DNA of 64,000 bases, taken from the NCBI RefSeq assembly GCF_035594765.1, contig NC_085841.1:302817402-302881401 (forward strand), read 5' to 3'. This document shows, piece by piece, positions 1 to 13,708 of this stretch; within the stretch, counting starts at the first letter, position 1; each line of letters begins with the position of its first letter. A program made the translations under genes and the position numbers. Source of the DNA: Anolis carolinensis. Taxonomy: Eukaryota. The notes beneath the pieces are model-generated. The model was not told where the DNA came from, did no database searches, and saw nothing but the letters and a program-made list of their open reading frames with translations.

Positions 1-429
1 AGCTGCCATGGGCAGAATTATGAAGTTAAGCTCAGTTTTGACAGTTCAGTGGAACAGATATACAGCATAAGCAACTGATACTTCCTTGCAACTCCAAGCA
101 TGTGTGAAATTATCCTTATAAGCGGAATAAACTCAAATGGGATGGAAAGAAAAGTTGTACATATACCTCTTATACTACCATTAAAACATAACATATATTA
201 GACCTTCTCCATGACCTAATAAAACAAATTATTTATTGAATGACATTGTAGAAACAGAAGGACTGCTAGCAAATCTAACCCAACAAAGTCTATGGAAAAA
301 TAATAGAGAAAAATGGATGATACCTGCCAGGTCCCTTGTGAAGTTTAAATGTCTTTTAAGTAAGATATTTTCTAACCTTTGATAGTCTAGGATGGCATGG
401 ATCATCCTCAAGAAGTCATTAGTAGTATA

Positions 430-852
430 CCGTGTTTCCCCGAAAATAAGACAGTGTCTTATATTATTTTTTGCTCCCAAAGATGTGCTAGGTCTTATTT
501 TCAGGGGATCTTATTTTTCCATCAAGAAGAATTCACATTTATTGTTGAACAAAACAATGAACATTTATTATATACTGTACAGTAGTTTTCATCACAAACC
601 AACATAACCAAACCAGACAAACTGTGACTCCGGTCAAGAATTTCTTGTTATTACCATTATTTCTATTTACAACCCGTATGTACATTTACCAATTCTGCAT
701 TCTCTGGTGTTTTGTTTGGCGGGTGCCAAGCATGCTTCCAAACAAAAACTTTGCCAGGTCTTACTTTCGGGGGAGGCCTTATATTTAGCAATTCAGTAAA
801 ACCTCTGCTAGGTCTTATTTTTTGGGGATGTCTTATTTTTGGAGAAACAGGG
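430..852. mobile_element. Tc1/mariner-superfamily (Tigger/pogo-like) MITE
   Basis: TIRs ccgtgtttccccgaaaataagac...tcttatttttggagaaacaggg, flanked by TA on both sides; inverted second copy at 46489-46910. Confidence 0.85.
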
Positions 853-934
853 TATGTAGATATATTCCTTTTGGAATGTTTTCCTAGCCAGTATTCAGGG
901 GGGTTTCTTTTGCTACTGGCATACATTCTCTTAC

Positions 935-1128
935 CTTCCGTAGTCCCTGAAGCAGAACCCCCTGGTTCTTGAACCTCCCTCTCCGTTTGTGTTTCTGCAT
1001 TCTGCAGCTGAGGAGCCAGGGTCTGCGTGCCCTGTGATGTCACAGAGGTGGTTGGGTTTCGTGGCTGTAAGCCTATGGCATTCATTAGGCCCATGTCCCT
1101 GTCTGTCCTCCATGTGGCCCTGCTAGTT
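935..1128 (-). CDS. AMBRA1: AMBRA1 coding exon ([64 protein letters not shown])
   Basis: ctctttag acceptor (AG at 1130-1129), gtaag donor at 934-930; peptide matches recalled AMBRA1 C-terminal region including the TQT motifs; in frame with the upstream exon. Confidence 0.95.
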
Positions 1129-1652
1129 CTAAAGAGAGACAAAAAGAAAAAGAAAAAAGAAAAGAAATAAAAACATTAGAAATGGAAAGAAAAATATACT
1201 AATCCTTTATGTCCCACAATTTTATCAGGAACACATTAGAATCCTAATGGAGAATTATCTAGATGGTATTTAGTTATCTTCTGTTTTTCTACTTGTATAT
1301 TTGTCTTTGATTAAAGATATGACCATTAGTCTAACTCCTGTAGTTATTATGACTGCTGGATCCCATAACTGTTTTAGACTGAAACAAATCCATAGTTATA
1401 AACTTATTAATTATCTTGATTTCATGTAATGTTTTTATACAAACAGCAGGTATGGTTTTCAAACGTAGTGAGAGAGGTATTTTAAAATTTCAAGATACGC
1501 TGGGCATTGAACGAATAGAACCACCAGTACTATGCCATCTAGTGATAGTCACATGCCACTGGGAGAATAACACTGAATTACACTGAAAATGTAATGGGAA
1601 CATAAATACACAACAAATGATTGCTTCAATACTCTTCCTCTGTGAGACTTAC

Positions 1653-1745
1653 CCAGGCCGCTCGGTGCTCCTACTGTTGGAATGCACAGTGAAGACGGTC
1701 TCATTCAGCTGGTCCCAGTAGTATTCAACTCCAGAGTTTAAGGCC
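1653..1745 (-). CDS. AMBRA1: AMBRA1 coding exon ([30 protein letters not shown])
   Basis: ttacag acceptor, gtaag donor, 93 bp, phase-compatible with both neighbours. Confidence 0.95.
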
Positions 1746-2142
1746 CTGTAACCCAAAAGGCATAAGGAAATTAGTGCAGTTAAAAATTTAAAAGAATAAT
1801 ATTTATTTACTTATATTGAATTTACAACCCACTTTCCTCCCATGAGAGAATACAATTAAACCATACAAAAGTAAACATTATGACATAATTACATTACTCA
1901 CGGTATTAAAATAATTCAAACCTCAAGTTAAAAAATAAGATGAATTTAAAAAGATAAAACATCCATGTAGCCAACACTATTAAACTAAAAAACCCATTGC
2001 AGCAGATGTTATCATTGGCTATACGTTAGTTATATGGTCAATACCAATATACTAAAGAATATAAAAACCTGCAGCAGTTGTTATCAATATTTGCTATAAA
2101 GACTCATTCCCACAAAAGTATTAAATGTCTGTACATTTTTAA

Positions 2143-2302
2143 GATCATAGAATCATAGAATAGTAGAGTTGGAAGAGACCTCATGGGCCATCTAGTCCAA
2201 CCCCCTGCCAAGAAGCAGGAAATCGCATTTAAAGTACCCCCGACATATGGCCATCCAGCCTCTGCTTAAAAGCCTCCAAAGAAGGAGCCTCCACCACAGT
2301 CA
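2143..2302 (-). mobile_element. CR1 LINE 3' end fragment
   Basis: catagaatcatagaat tail (reverse complement of ATTCTATG repeats) followed by typical CR1 3' UTR (gagttggaagagacc...tctagtccaacccc). Confidence 0.8.
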
Positions 2303-2945
2303 GAACAAATCTAAAAATTAGCCTGGTGACATTCCCTTTGGTCTTACAAGTACATGTAACTACAACATAACATATGTCTTCAGGAAAGCCACACACACTA
2401 AGACATTTTATTCCACAAATGTGCTGAAGTCACAACAGATCGTCACAATGCAATAAAACATTTGTCTATTCTTGGCACATGAGATGTCTGACATCAGATA
2501 AGGCTGCAAGACAAACGCCTATGTTCTCGCAACTCTATTCACACTTTTAGAACTGTTCCGGCACAACGCAACTGATACAAGAGGTCTGTTACGTGGCACA
2601 AATAACACTTTCCAAAAACATCATTAAACTGCAAGTTTTTCATGTTCACTGAATTATCAAGTTTAAAGGAAAGATATCCCAGGCTTTCTAACTGGAAACC
2701 ATCTCAAGTTATATGGTGGTGCACCAGTTAGCATTTGTCTTGGAAAAGACCTACATGTATAAGCCCTCTTCAGTCTCAAAATGAAGCAAAGGTAGAAAAC
2801 ACGCACTCAAATTGACTAGCAAAAATGGTAAGTTTGTCAGACGTTTATCCTATATGTCTGCATTCTTCAATGTGGAGGACTGTTTAAATTACTCCCACTG
2901 GTGATGCCTGCTGCCACTCCAAGTCCTCTTGGGGAAAGGGGTGGG

Positions 2946-3080
2946 NNNNNNNNNNNNNNNNNNNNNNNNNNNNNNNNNNNNNNNNNNNNNNNNNNNNNNN
3001 NNNNNNNNNNNNNNNNNNNNNNNNNNNNNNNNNNNNNNNNNNNNNNNNNNNNNNNNNNNNNNNNNNNNNNNNNNNNNNNN
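2946..3080. other. assembly gap (135 N)
   Basis: run of N. Confidence 1.
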
Positions 3081-3469
3081 ATTACCGAGTTTTCCACCTC
3101 AACTGTGCCATCTTCACATTAAGACAAATGTCCCAAAGTAGCAAGATGAAACTCTAATGTACAGGAGGAGCTTATGGAAACTAAAGAACAAGTTCCATTT
3201 CATAGCTATAATAAATAAACAAACCCGGTCAAAAAAGAGTCAGTGGCAGAGTCCCCTATAGAGCCTAATGAAAGCTGACCGGCTTCTCAAAGAATCGGGT
3301 AGTAATAAATAATGCAAGCACCACTAAAGATACATAAAGAGAAACATGCATCAGGCTACAGCTGAGACAAGATAATATGTCTACTTTAACATTACTTTAA
3401 ATATTCTGAATATGTACTTCTTTTTCAGTATGCTTTCATGGTGACCCCAAATATATTTTTCCATCCAAG

Positions 3470-4645
3470 TGTCACAGACAGAACGCCACCAAATAAAGTT
3501 CAACACAGTTTATTAAAGTTACAGAACTAAAAAAAATGCCCGTAAGAAACAAAGGACTAGGCAAACACTTGCCTTCAATGTGAAAAGATACAAAAAGACT
3601 CCGCTAGTTTTAAAAACGGTTCAAAAGATAAACCGGATTAAACAGGAGTTTAATCCGGGTTAAATCAAAAATGCTTACTTCAGCCTGGCAATTTAAACAA
3701 ACAAAAGTTGATAAACAGGGATTCAATATAACACAAATAACTGGCAGCAGATTCCTCTCTGCTACTCAAAAGCTACGATTGAGTAACTAAGTTGTTACTC
3801 CTCCGTGCAACGAGCGAAATCCGGGTCCAGGCACATCAATCAGGGTAGCAACGGTCAGCAGGGTCCCAATCCGGTCCAAGGTCGAAAGCCAGGTACAGAC
3901 GTCTTTAGTTCACAAGTTCCACCGATAGCCACAGAAGGGATAGTCCGAGGTCGTAGTCAGTCAGTCAGTCCAGCGTCAATCCAGAGTAGGCAATTAATGT
4001 CCGCCAAAAAGACGACGGAGGTCCAAGCTATCAAGATTAAACACAAGTTGCACAGAAAAACCCCACACAGTTCCTCCCGCCGTCTATGCCCAGTGTCCTT
4101 AGTAACTTACGTATTCAGCAACGAATCACACCCGTCTTCAGGAAGTTCCCCAACAAGAGCCCAAGCGTTCATCCAGATTACCTTGCCCAACGCAATTAGC
4201 CATTGATTCTAGACCCCATTTTATGCCAGTTCATAACTCATCGCTGTCAGCTGCTATCCTAATTCCAGGTGCCTCCTCATCATCATCCTCATCAGAGCTA
4301 AAACACCTTTGACTACGCCCCACAGCATCCCCAGCTGTGGATCCCGTTCCATCCCTCCAGCCCGTCCACGGGTCCGATCCTGCAACCCGCCAGTCGCCTC
4401 CCATGCTATCATTGCCGGTGACACCCAAATCCTCCCTCACACGAGTCCATTCCATGTCATCCTCCTCTGAGCTAACCATCTCTTCCTCCATTCCCTCGGT
4501 AAAACCCTCAAAGGAGTCTTCGTCTGTTGGTTCTGCAAATAAGTCCCGGAGCCGTTTCCTTTCGCGCTCCTCAAGAGAGTCTGACTCTCGAGGAGTCTTA
4601 CGACCTCGTCTCCTAGTATCGGAGCCAGAAGGCTCAACCATAACA
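3470..4645 (-). mobile_element. solo LTR, family A (Gypsy-like), 1176 bp
   Basis: TGT...ACA termini, perfect 5-bp TSD CCAAG (3465-3469 / 4646-4650), minus-strand AATAAA at 3514-3509, TATA-like CATAAAA near 4220. Confidence 0.92.
4231..4641 (-). CDS. U3-encoded ORF of LTR A, 136 aa basic/acidic peptide (MVEPSGSDTRRRGRK...DLFAEPTDEDSFEGF...)
   Basis: ATG at LTR base 5, uninterrupted to a stop just upstream of the TATA-like box; N-terminal part homologous to the ORFs of the LTRs at 18429 and 26793. Confidence 0.6.
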   Translation of the reverse strand: MVEPSGSDTRRRGRKTPRESDSLEERERKRLRDLFAEPTDEDSFEGFTEGMEEEMVSSEEDDMEWTRVREDLGVTGNDSMGGDWRVAGSDPWTGWRDGTGSTAGDAVGRSQRCFSSDEDDDEEAPGIRIAADSDEL

Positions 4646-7220
4646 CCAAGTGAACTCACACAGAGCTCTATCAAGTCTGCTTCTAAGTTATAAGAATTTG
4701 TGCAGAGATCCCTAGATAATGCCCCAAGGGAAACACCCAACTGGTGAAACCAAGAAAGCTATGCAATTAATTATGAAATTAACCTGTTGTAATTAGTAAT
4801 GTTATCTGGCATTACAGAGCTAAAACTATAAAATACTACAGTACATAATTTCTTGAAAACATATAGTTGGAAAGAATACCACACTGTAATCTCTTACTGC
4901 AACAGTAGGGCTTACATATATGTGCCTTCAAGTCACCTGTGAATTTACAGAGACCACATGAATTTATTTTTTCTTTTTTTTCTTTTTTGAATTCAGTGGT
5001 GTTTATTTTCAGTTTGCATCTTCATAAAAAAGCAATGAAATGGATCTATATACATGTATATATCCATGAACCAATAGAATACTACCTAACATCTATACAA
5101 TATTCATATTGGGTTACACCCCCTCCTCCCACCCCTCCCATTTTAGTGACTTTCATAGGGCTCCTTAGGCAAGGAATACTCATAGGTAGTTTTTGCAGTT
5201 CCTGGCTCTGAAATAGAGCCTATAGCACTTGGATGCAAGAGTACCAATGAAAACCCAAGTACTAACCGGTGCTGGCCCTGCCTAGTTTCAAGATCTGACA
5301 GGATCTAGTGCTTCTAGGGTGTTTTGGCTTATGCAGGGATTAGAGAGAAAATATTAATAATTTAAGCTAAGTCAGAACGTACAGAGGCTCCAGTGAATAA
5401 AATAAATATATACTATATTAAGATGACACTGTATGCATGCTAAGGAATTCTAAAAATGTTGAAAATTTCTTACAAAATGTATTTGAATATAACAAAAATG
5501 TGAAAACTGTTGTCAGATGTGATGCTCACACATTTTATTCTGTGCCTTATACATAACGAGGACTAAGCAAGACCCTTGCATATTTACAGATGTGTAAGTT
5601 ATTTTTGTCTGACCACTGACACAATGTTCTTACACCATCTCCCAGCAAATGGCTTGCAATGTACAAAACAAATAACGTTTGAAACTATTTTTTAAATAGT
5701 GTTTAAATGCTTATGCTTTAAAAAATAACATCTGAAGCAAACCTAATGGCACATGTCTAGGTTCAGCTAGGACAGCAAGAGGTCTTAAGGTCAAGGTTTC
5801 TTGAGAAGCTTTCATTACTAATTCTGAAATTTTCCCTTGTAGATTCTTTGGCATAACTGCAGTCTCAGTATAACAGGCTGAGTAATGAGGTGATCTGGCA
5901 GGATGCTAGGAATTACCATCTGTCAATTACATCAGGGAGGGGATGACGTGAATCAAGATCTCTCTGGTTATCAGAACTTAGATAAAAGTAAATAACAGTA
6001 AGCTATGAAATTAGTTTGTAAAGTAGCTTCATATCATCCATTTGTTTTTAATATTGGGCTACAGTGCACCTGTTCTGTAGTTCTATCCTCTAAGTACTGC
6101 AACAAGGTTCTATCTTTACACAAAATACTGACAGCAGTGAGGTTTCAAACTCATTATACGAATTCATATTTTCTAGGAGAAATTTTGAAATACATGCCAA
6201 TAATTAAAGTAACTTTGACAAAGAATTATAACTTAAAGACCGAAATGCCAAGGGATTCTTGTCCTTCGACTCTTAACCCGTGGCTAAAAATCTGGACCCT
6301 CAAATACCAGTATCAGTGGACAATAAAAAGCTAAGGGAAAGAAATTTCTAATAGTAACACAAACACATACACATACACCCCTTTGCTGTGATATCCAAGA
6401 GATTACCGAGTTTACTAATGAGTTACCCAGACCATCACTTGCATTTCTCTCCCTCTTCCAGGCGAATTTATAACATTATATTGGTGCGTAGTGATCTCAG
6501 GTCAGGGCTTCTCAATCTTTGATCTTTCAGATGATTTTTTGACATCAGCACCCAGAAATCTCAGACAGCATGGAGTTAGAGTCCCCAAAATCTCAAGAAA
6601 CAGTCTTTAAAAAGCACTGCCTTAGACAACTGAATGAACCTCTGAAGAGATGAGATTATAGGTGAGAGAGATGTCACATTCTGTTTCTGATGACAGCCTA
6701 AATGTAACATCACAGTCTCAAATAGATCAGATCCACTGAATTCTAAATTCAAACTCATGTAAAATGGTTTCAGACCCCTTACACCTTTTCTCTTTTCTGG
6801 CCATTTTCTGAACTAAAAGTTTTTGGCTGACTTTCTCACTTCTCTGTAGGACTATTAGTGTTGATTCTGAAAAACAAGTCTTTCAAAAATAAAATCGTAA
6901 AGTATATACCAACTTCTTTCATTTCAAATGAACCTGGAAACTTAGGCATACGTACAAAAAATAGTATGCAGGTGAAGTTTGTTACACTGAGCATTTAATC
7001 TACAGAAGAAGAGCAATGATCAGAACAAAGATACATCTAGAATACTCTGGAGATATGAGGCAACATAAACAGACTTGGAATTGCCATAAGAAAGATACAC
7101 TCTCCTTTCTGAGAGAAATTATTAGGAATCAGAAAGATGCCATCTCTTTGCATTTGTTGGGAAACAGTAATAAATTGAGTTTGCAATGGAGAGAGTTCAA
7201 GCTATAAGATAATGGAATCC

Positions 7221-7651
7221 ATTCACAAGCTTTAGGAAAGAATATCCCCTGATGGCACAGCGTGTTAAAGAGCTGAGCTGCTGAACTTCTGGACTGAAAG
7301 GTTGCAGGTTTGAATTGGGTGTGTGGAGAGAGACCCCACTGTTAGCCCCAGCTTCTGCCAACCCTAAAGTTCAAAAACATTGAAATGAGAGTAGATGAAT
7401 AGGTACTGCTCCGGTGGGAAGGTAACGGCGCTCCATGCAGTCATACCACATGACCCTGGAGGAGTCTACGGACAACGCCAGCTCTTCGGCTTAGAAATGG
7501 AGATAACCACAAACCCCCAGAGTCAGACACGACTGGACCTAATATCAGGGAAAAACCTTTACCCTTTAACTTAACTACCACCAATTCCTCAATACTTTAT
7601 TTCCCATACCACCATACTTCGCCACAGCAACACGTGGCCGGGCACAGCTAG
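7221..7651 (+). mobile_element. 5'-truncated Helitron 3' end carrying a Sauria SINE
   Basis: ends with hairpin gccac-agcaacac-gtggc then CTAG|T; near-identical to 15411-15841. Confidence 0.8.
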
Positions 7652-8274
7652 TAATTTTATATACATGATGTTTATTAATGCATTTAATAACAAAAAAGAG
7701 ATGATGAATGTACAGCTCTCAGATGCAATGTAAAAAGCTATGTGCTCACCTGTATGAAACATTCTGTTTCTACTACCACTTTCTAAAGACATAAAGAGGT
7801 GGTGCTAGCTAAGCTTGTCCTCTTCCTCAAACACTAAACTGTCTTGAGCAATGGGGGGGAGGGAGGGTGATGGTAGGATGAGGCTGTCTTCAGAATGCAA
7901 TATTCGATTTACATTAATATCGCAAGTGTACACTGGTGTACGTCCTGTTAAGTTCAGCAGGACTTACTCTTCAAAGTGTATAGAAGTGTAACTAAAATGA
8001 ACTATACGAATCAGTTGAATGCTTTCATTTAAAAAAAACAATACTTTGGGTTTTTTTCATAACTATATATTTTAAAAATAATTCAATTCCATTTGTCCTC
8101 CAGAGCTAAAGTCATTTTGCATGATTCTCCCCACCTCTACACAGCCACAGTTTTATCCTAATAACATCCCTGTGAAGGAATTAGGTTGAGGTTAATTTGC
8201 GATTTATGAGATTTACAGGGAAACTGAACTTGATATATATACACCATCTTGTTCCTTTAATTTGTCCCTGTGGG

Positions 8275-8425
8275 TGAAGGATTCTCCATCTTTGGAAGTT
8301 TTAAAACAAAGGTGGAATGGGCAATTTTCAGGAGCACTTTGATCATATATTTCTGTATAGTCAGGTGTTGGACTAGCTGGATCTTGTGATCCCTTCCAAC
8401 TCCAAGATTCTATGACTCTATGATC
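8275..8425 (+). mobile_element. CR1 LINE 3' end, diverged
   Basis: tctccatctttggaagtttt...cccttccaactccaagattctatgactctatg. Confidence 0.65.
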
Positions 8426-8901
8426 TAGTCAAATCCATATTTTTTTTTTTGCAAATAGAGTGGATCTAATGAATCAAAGGGAGTTTAGTGATTCTTGAGT
8501 TCCCTTATTGTGTAACTTTAGTTGAGAATAAACCATTAACTTTTTCTAATCCCAATAAACAACCCCCAGTGTTTGATGTATGAGAGGACATACATGTTTC
8601 CAGGAGTAGTGGGTGGAAGAGTTGAAGATCAGAAATAAACTGTAAATGATAGGTTGATAGTTGTTACTTTAAGAAACCATTCTCTAAAATGGCAATTTCT
8701 AGCTATGTTAAAGACTACAAATCCCATCACCCCCAGATAGCAACTGAACATGAGGTTATAGTCCAAGCATCTAGAAAGCACCAGGATAAGAAAGGCAACA
8801 AGATAAAAAGAGTCAATGTAAAGGTGTAAACAATAAATTGTGCCATTTGAGGGATGCTGTCAACCTCTGTGACATATATAATCTTCTTTTAAAGTTAATT
8901 A

Positions 8902-9217
8902 CAGTAGAGTCTCATCCAACATAAACGGGCCGGCAGAATGTTGGATAAGTGAATATGTTGGATAATAAGGAGAGATTAAGGAAAAGCCTATTAAACATCA
9001 CATTGGGGTGTGATTTTACAAATTAAGCACCAAAACATCATGTTATACCACAAATTTGACAGAAGTAGTTCAATACGCAGTAATGCTATGTAGTAATTTC
9101 TGTATTTACGAGTTTAGCACCAAAATATCATGATATATTGAAAACATTGACTACAAAAATGCGTTGGATAATCCAGAACGTTGGATAAGCGAGTGTTGGA
9201 TAAGTGAGACTCTACTG
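8902..9217. mobile_element. Tc1/mariner-type MITE (TIR cagtagagtctcacttatccaac)
   Basis: TIRs with TA flanks; same family at 14203-14848, 14403-14724, 30583-30903. Confidence 0.88.
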
Positions 9218-10012
9218 TAAGTCTGACCTTGGAAGCTAAGCAATTAGAACTTGTGGGAGACCACAAATAAATATGAGGAAGGAACTAGCAAAACTACTTC
9301 TGGATATTCCTTGCTTACGAAAATCTTATGAAATGAACAGAGTTGGCTTAAGTTGACAGAAGCATATGCGAGCACATACATCCAAACAGCTAGCATCAAA
9401 CAATACCTTTTAAAAATCCCCAATATTGATAAGATAAACAGAATTTGACCTTTGGACCCCATAACTAATAGCTCTATGTACTATTTATTTTGTAATAATC
9501 TTCCTCTTCTGTACATGGTCCTGGGGGACAGCCTTGTCCATAAATAAAAACATCTGCAAGAAGAAGGTTGCTATGTGAAGAAATGAACTATCTTCTAGCA
9601 GAAGAAATTTCTTATTCTCCATTTAGGCAAGGAAAAGTGAAATTTATAAGCCTGACAGAAAGCAGCTTTGCTCTACAGAATCTCACTCTGAATAGAAAGT
9701 TAAAACATTTTTGACACCACTGAGCAGAGAGCTTTTTAACAGACAAATGTGAGCTTACCTTTTACAAATACTTTAAAGTTACAATTTTAAAACTGCTCGG
9801 GCCATGTTATGTATGATGTTCTTTACTTGTACTATCAAATAAATACATTATAATATTTATTACGCCTATTACATCAGTGCTAGACCTGCTCCTGGAAGCT
9901 TGGTTTAGCTTTCTGTCAACTACAATAGAAAACTGCAAACCATGACTATATTTATTTTTGAATGTGCAGGTACTGTTAGATACTGTGCACTGGTCCCCCA
10001 AATCGGTAAAAA

Positions 10013-10107
10013 TACTATCTGAACAGAACCAATATTGATTTAATTTGAGGTATTCCAGAAAGCTACTATCTGAACATGATCAATATTGATTTAATTCAAA
10101 GTATTCA
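10013..10107. repeat. diverged ~51-bp tandem duplication
   Basis: tactatctgaaca...caatattgatttaatt...gtattc occurs twice in tandem. Confidence 0.75.
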
Positions 10108-13100
10108 TGTTTTTTGAATTGTTCAAAGAAGTTCACATGTAAAAATTAGCAAAAAAAAGATGTTTCAGTCTGGCATTAGCAGTTACTATGTTATCCAAAG
10201 GTAATATGACAGACAGACATTTCATTTTATTATGTCAGCTCTGCTGGTAAAAGAGTAGACAAGCTTTAAGCTTGTCTACAGGGTGCACTGTTTTTGCATA
10301 GCACCTGCCATTTTAAGGCAGTATTAAATGGTTTTCAGTCAAAAAAAGTACTTTATTATTTGTCTTAACATATCTGTCTGTTACACTGCCTAGGATTCTT
10401 GCACAAAATATACAGTGTCTCAGTTCACCAGGTAATGTGTAATAATCAGACTCTACAACTGAATAAACCATGCCAAAACAGAGAAATGCTAAGTAAGGTG
10501 ATAACAGCCTTAGTCTTCTATCCCTTAATATGTTAGATCCCTTGGAATAACTTAAGCTCTTTAGGTCCTGTCAAAACCAAAGGTGACTTAAAATCCCTAA
10601 GCAGCTTGAACGACACTGAAACCTCACAGCATTTTAAATTATGTGAGTCCTTACATCAGCTTAAAGTTCAGTCCACTCTTTAAGCTAGGTATAGTGATTG
10701 GCCTATTTTAAACCCCAGCTGTGGTCAAGCAATCATTATCAAATGATATTCAGGCTTTCAAACATTTAGAAAAAAAATTGTAGAAAGATGATTCTCAATT
10801 CATTAAACTATATACTGTAAAAATAAGCCTATGCTTGAACTGAATATCAAAACATTGTGCTAAGTTGTCAGCCTACAGTAGGCTTAAGCTTAAAGCTACC
10901 AGTTTTCTCATCCTAAAATTTAATGGCTAGCCAATTTGCAGAGCAAAACTACTTTGATATTTTAATTGTCTTCACGTGGCTTCTCTTCTCTTGCTCTCAG
11001 AAGGTAACAGAGGAAGGAGATGCGTGGGTAGGAAGGAGAGACAGAAACAGATGAAATGGCATTTGTGGCAGGGTTTTGGTAGTGGTAAAATCCATTCCCC
11101 CTGCTCAGTGACAGAAAGAAATTTCTGTCATTTCATTTTGTAACAAAGGCAGAGGCAAGAGATATAGTTGTTTCTTTCATGGCTCCTCCTGGGCTTGAGC
11201 TGTGCCATCTGTCTCATCTCTTCATTTCCACTCAAGGCTTCTTCAACCCAAATTCCTCTCCTAACTCAGTTTCTTGCACTTCTCTCAGCAAATGGGAAAA
11301 CTACCTGGTCTCTTCTTCCCCCTTTATCCCTGCTGGAGATTGAGAACTAAAGTCTCCCTCCAATTACTTATCCATCCTGCTTTCTTGACCCAACTTCGGG
11401 ATCTCTTAAGAAGTCAGCAAGTGCCCTATTTCACTCCTCTACTTAAAAAGGAAACGGTGTGTGGGGTGGGGTTAAGAGGCAAAAGGAAGCCAACATTTAG
11501 CTAGGCAGACAAGACTATGCCTGTATTGGTTTTCTTCATAGGTTTCATTTATCTTTATAGATAACACACGTTAAAAATTATCTCAAAATCTGGAAGAAAG
11601 GAACAGTCAGTTTTGGTTAAGAGAATAAAAAAAGAAAAACTGAAAAGCCTCTTTACTGTCAGCTAGCTAATCAAATATGGGCTGGAGTACATATACGAGT
11701 ACATCAGTAAGAGCAGGAAAGCGCAGGAAAGAAAGCTTACCCACTATCACTTTTTGCATACTGTTATCCAGAAAAACCGTTCTACGAAGACCTGGTTCCA
11801 TTAAAATCAAGAGAAAACAGAAGAGTCCTAAGCAGCCTACTGTGACCAATTTGTAAAACTCATTGTGCATTTTAAATGCTTTATTTCATAGAACAGATTC
11901 AAAATTAATTACAGAATGTTCTGGATTTTCCCATTGCTTCTATTTGTCATATTCAAATGGATTTTTTTTTAGTTTGTGATGCCTGAAGATATAGACAGAA
12001 CACATGGAGAGACAATCTAACTCTCCTGACCCTGCTCCATTGTGGCTTATTTGATTTGCTGGGTAGTGGGTAGCAAGAATACTTAATATCCCACAGATTT
12101 TCTATTAATGTAGTCTTCAAAGCATCTGTGATGAGGTTATTACTAAAAGAAACTAACTTTATACATGCTGATGTCACTATTGGCCAATCTCAAATGTATC
12201 ATTTGAGGATATAAGTTAGAGGCAGATAATGTTGTCTAGCTCCCAATATTCTGAGTCTGCAACTGCCTTGGTCAGCCTGGTAGATAATTTATACTCCCAA
12301 ATTATCTTCCCAAACTACTTGCTCTGTTTCTTCATCAGTTATTCATTATAAGGTAGTGGAAGCAGCCCTGAGTCCCTTTGGGGAGAGCAAGTGGGTTAGA
12401 AATAAAATTTTATTATTATTATTAAGTAGCCCTATAGTATGATTGATCCAGATTTACATTCCACCATTGCAAACATAAATGGTGGTATTTCTCCACCTTA
12501 TATTGTGAAAAACAAACTGATCTGAAATCTGGCACTGTAGAAATAGTCTACGTGAGAATGGTCCATGATGATTTAGTGGTGAAAGAGTTAAGAAATACCT
12601 TCTAGAAACTTAATTTGATTAGTAGCCATGTTCATTCTGCTGTGGTTCAGCTTGCCGGCCAATTTTTCATTTGTATTTATTTATTTAAAACATTTATATT
12701 CCACTCTTCTCACCCCAAAGGGGACTCAGGGCGGAGCACAACAAATATACGCCAAGCACTCCATTTGTACAATGTCTTTTGAAAAGCTGCTCTGATTAAA
12801 GAGAAGGTCTCCCATATGCCATGTTTCTAGAAATAGCACAAGTTTGTAACATTTTTATTTAACAGTTATTTTTCATTCCATTTTAGATTATGAAGCTCAT
12901 AATGTACATTAATCCACATGCTCAGAACTCATGGTCCATCTAGCAAACTATGTATGACGGAAGCCAGGGAAAATATAGAATGGGAATGTGTATGGTTGGC
13001 TAATAGGGAGACAAAAGACTATGCACAGAAGGGAGTACAATCTCCAACATCAGGAAGAAAATTCCAGTTTATATATGAGCCAATAATCAGAACATTTTTT

Positions 13101-13708
13101 AGAAATGGAAATAGTTTTCATTGTCATCTAATGTAATCCCCAGGCCAATCTTTTGAAGGGATCTTTTTGTTCAGCCAATTAAAATAAGAAAGGCTATCAC
13201 TGTCCCAAGTGCCAGCATAACGTAACGTAATACATGGAGTTAAATTATGAACCAAGGAATATTACCTATTCAGAACAAAGTTGTAGCATTTGTGAAACCC
13301 TGAAACCTATATCTGTAAGGAACTCTCAACACATTCCTTTGTACTACCAGGCAAAAAAAAGTATTTAAATCACACACCCTGAGAATCCACAACCATGCCA
13401 GTTTATGACAGTAGACAATCTGAAGAACAAATATCCCAGTCAGAATGTTTTTAGATAACATATTCAAGATCCATCAGGTGAAAGCAGAGCTAATGATAAT
13501 CTTTGTTCATTGATGAAGGGGGAAAAAAAAGTCAAAGGGACAGGCCTAGGCTCTAAAATCACTATACATAAAAAAGAACCAAAAACTTGACAATGAGAGA
13601 AGGAATTTTATGAAAAAATAGTCATCAATAGGAGATACATTCAAAAAAGCAAAACTGGTTGAAAACCTATGTACTTATAACATGAAGAGGGGCATTAAAA
13701 TGATGTAA

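Noticed and set aside
663-1142. 159-aa ORF as a standalone gene or alternative AMBRA1 C-terminus
   Set aside because: It is the 935-1128 exon reading through a strong gtaag donor into a MITE; nothing supports intron retention
3805-4693. Plus-strand ORFs inside LTRs (3805-4206, 4337-4693, 18823-19260, 27675-27986)
   Set aside because: Antisense shadows of the U3 ORFs or low-complexity R/U5 sequence; no shared motif across families
12563-12660. C/D snoRNA (ATGATGA box)
   Set aside because: No properly placed CTGA D box or terminal stem seen
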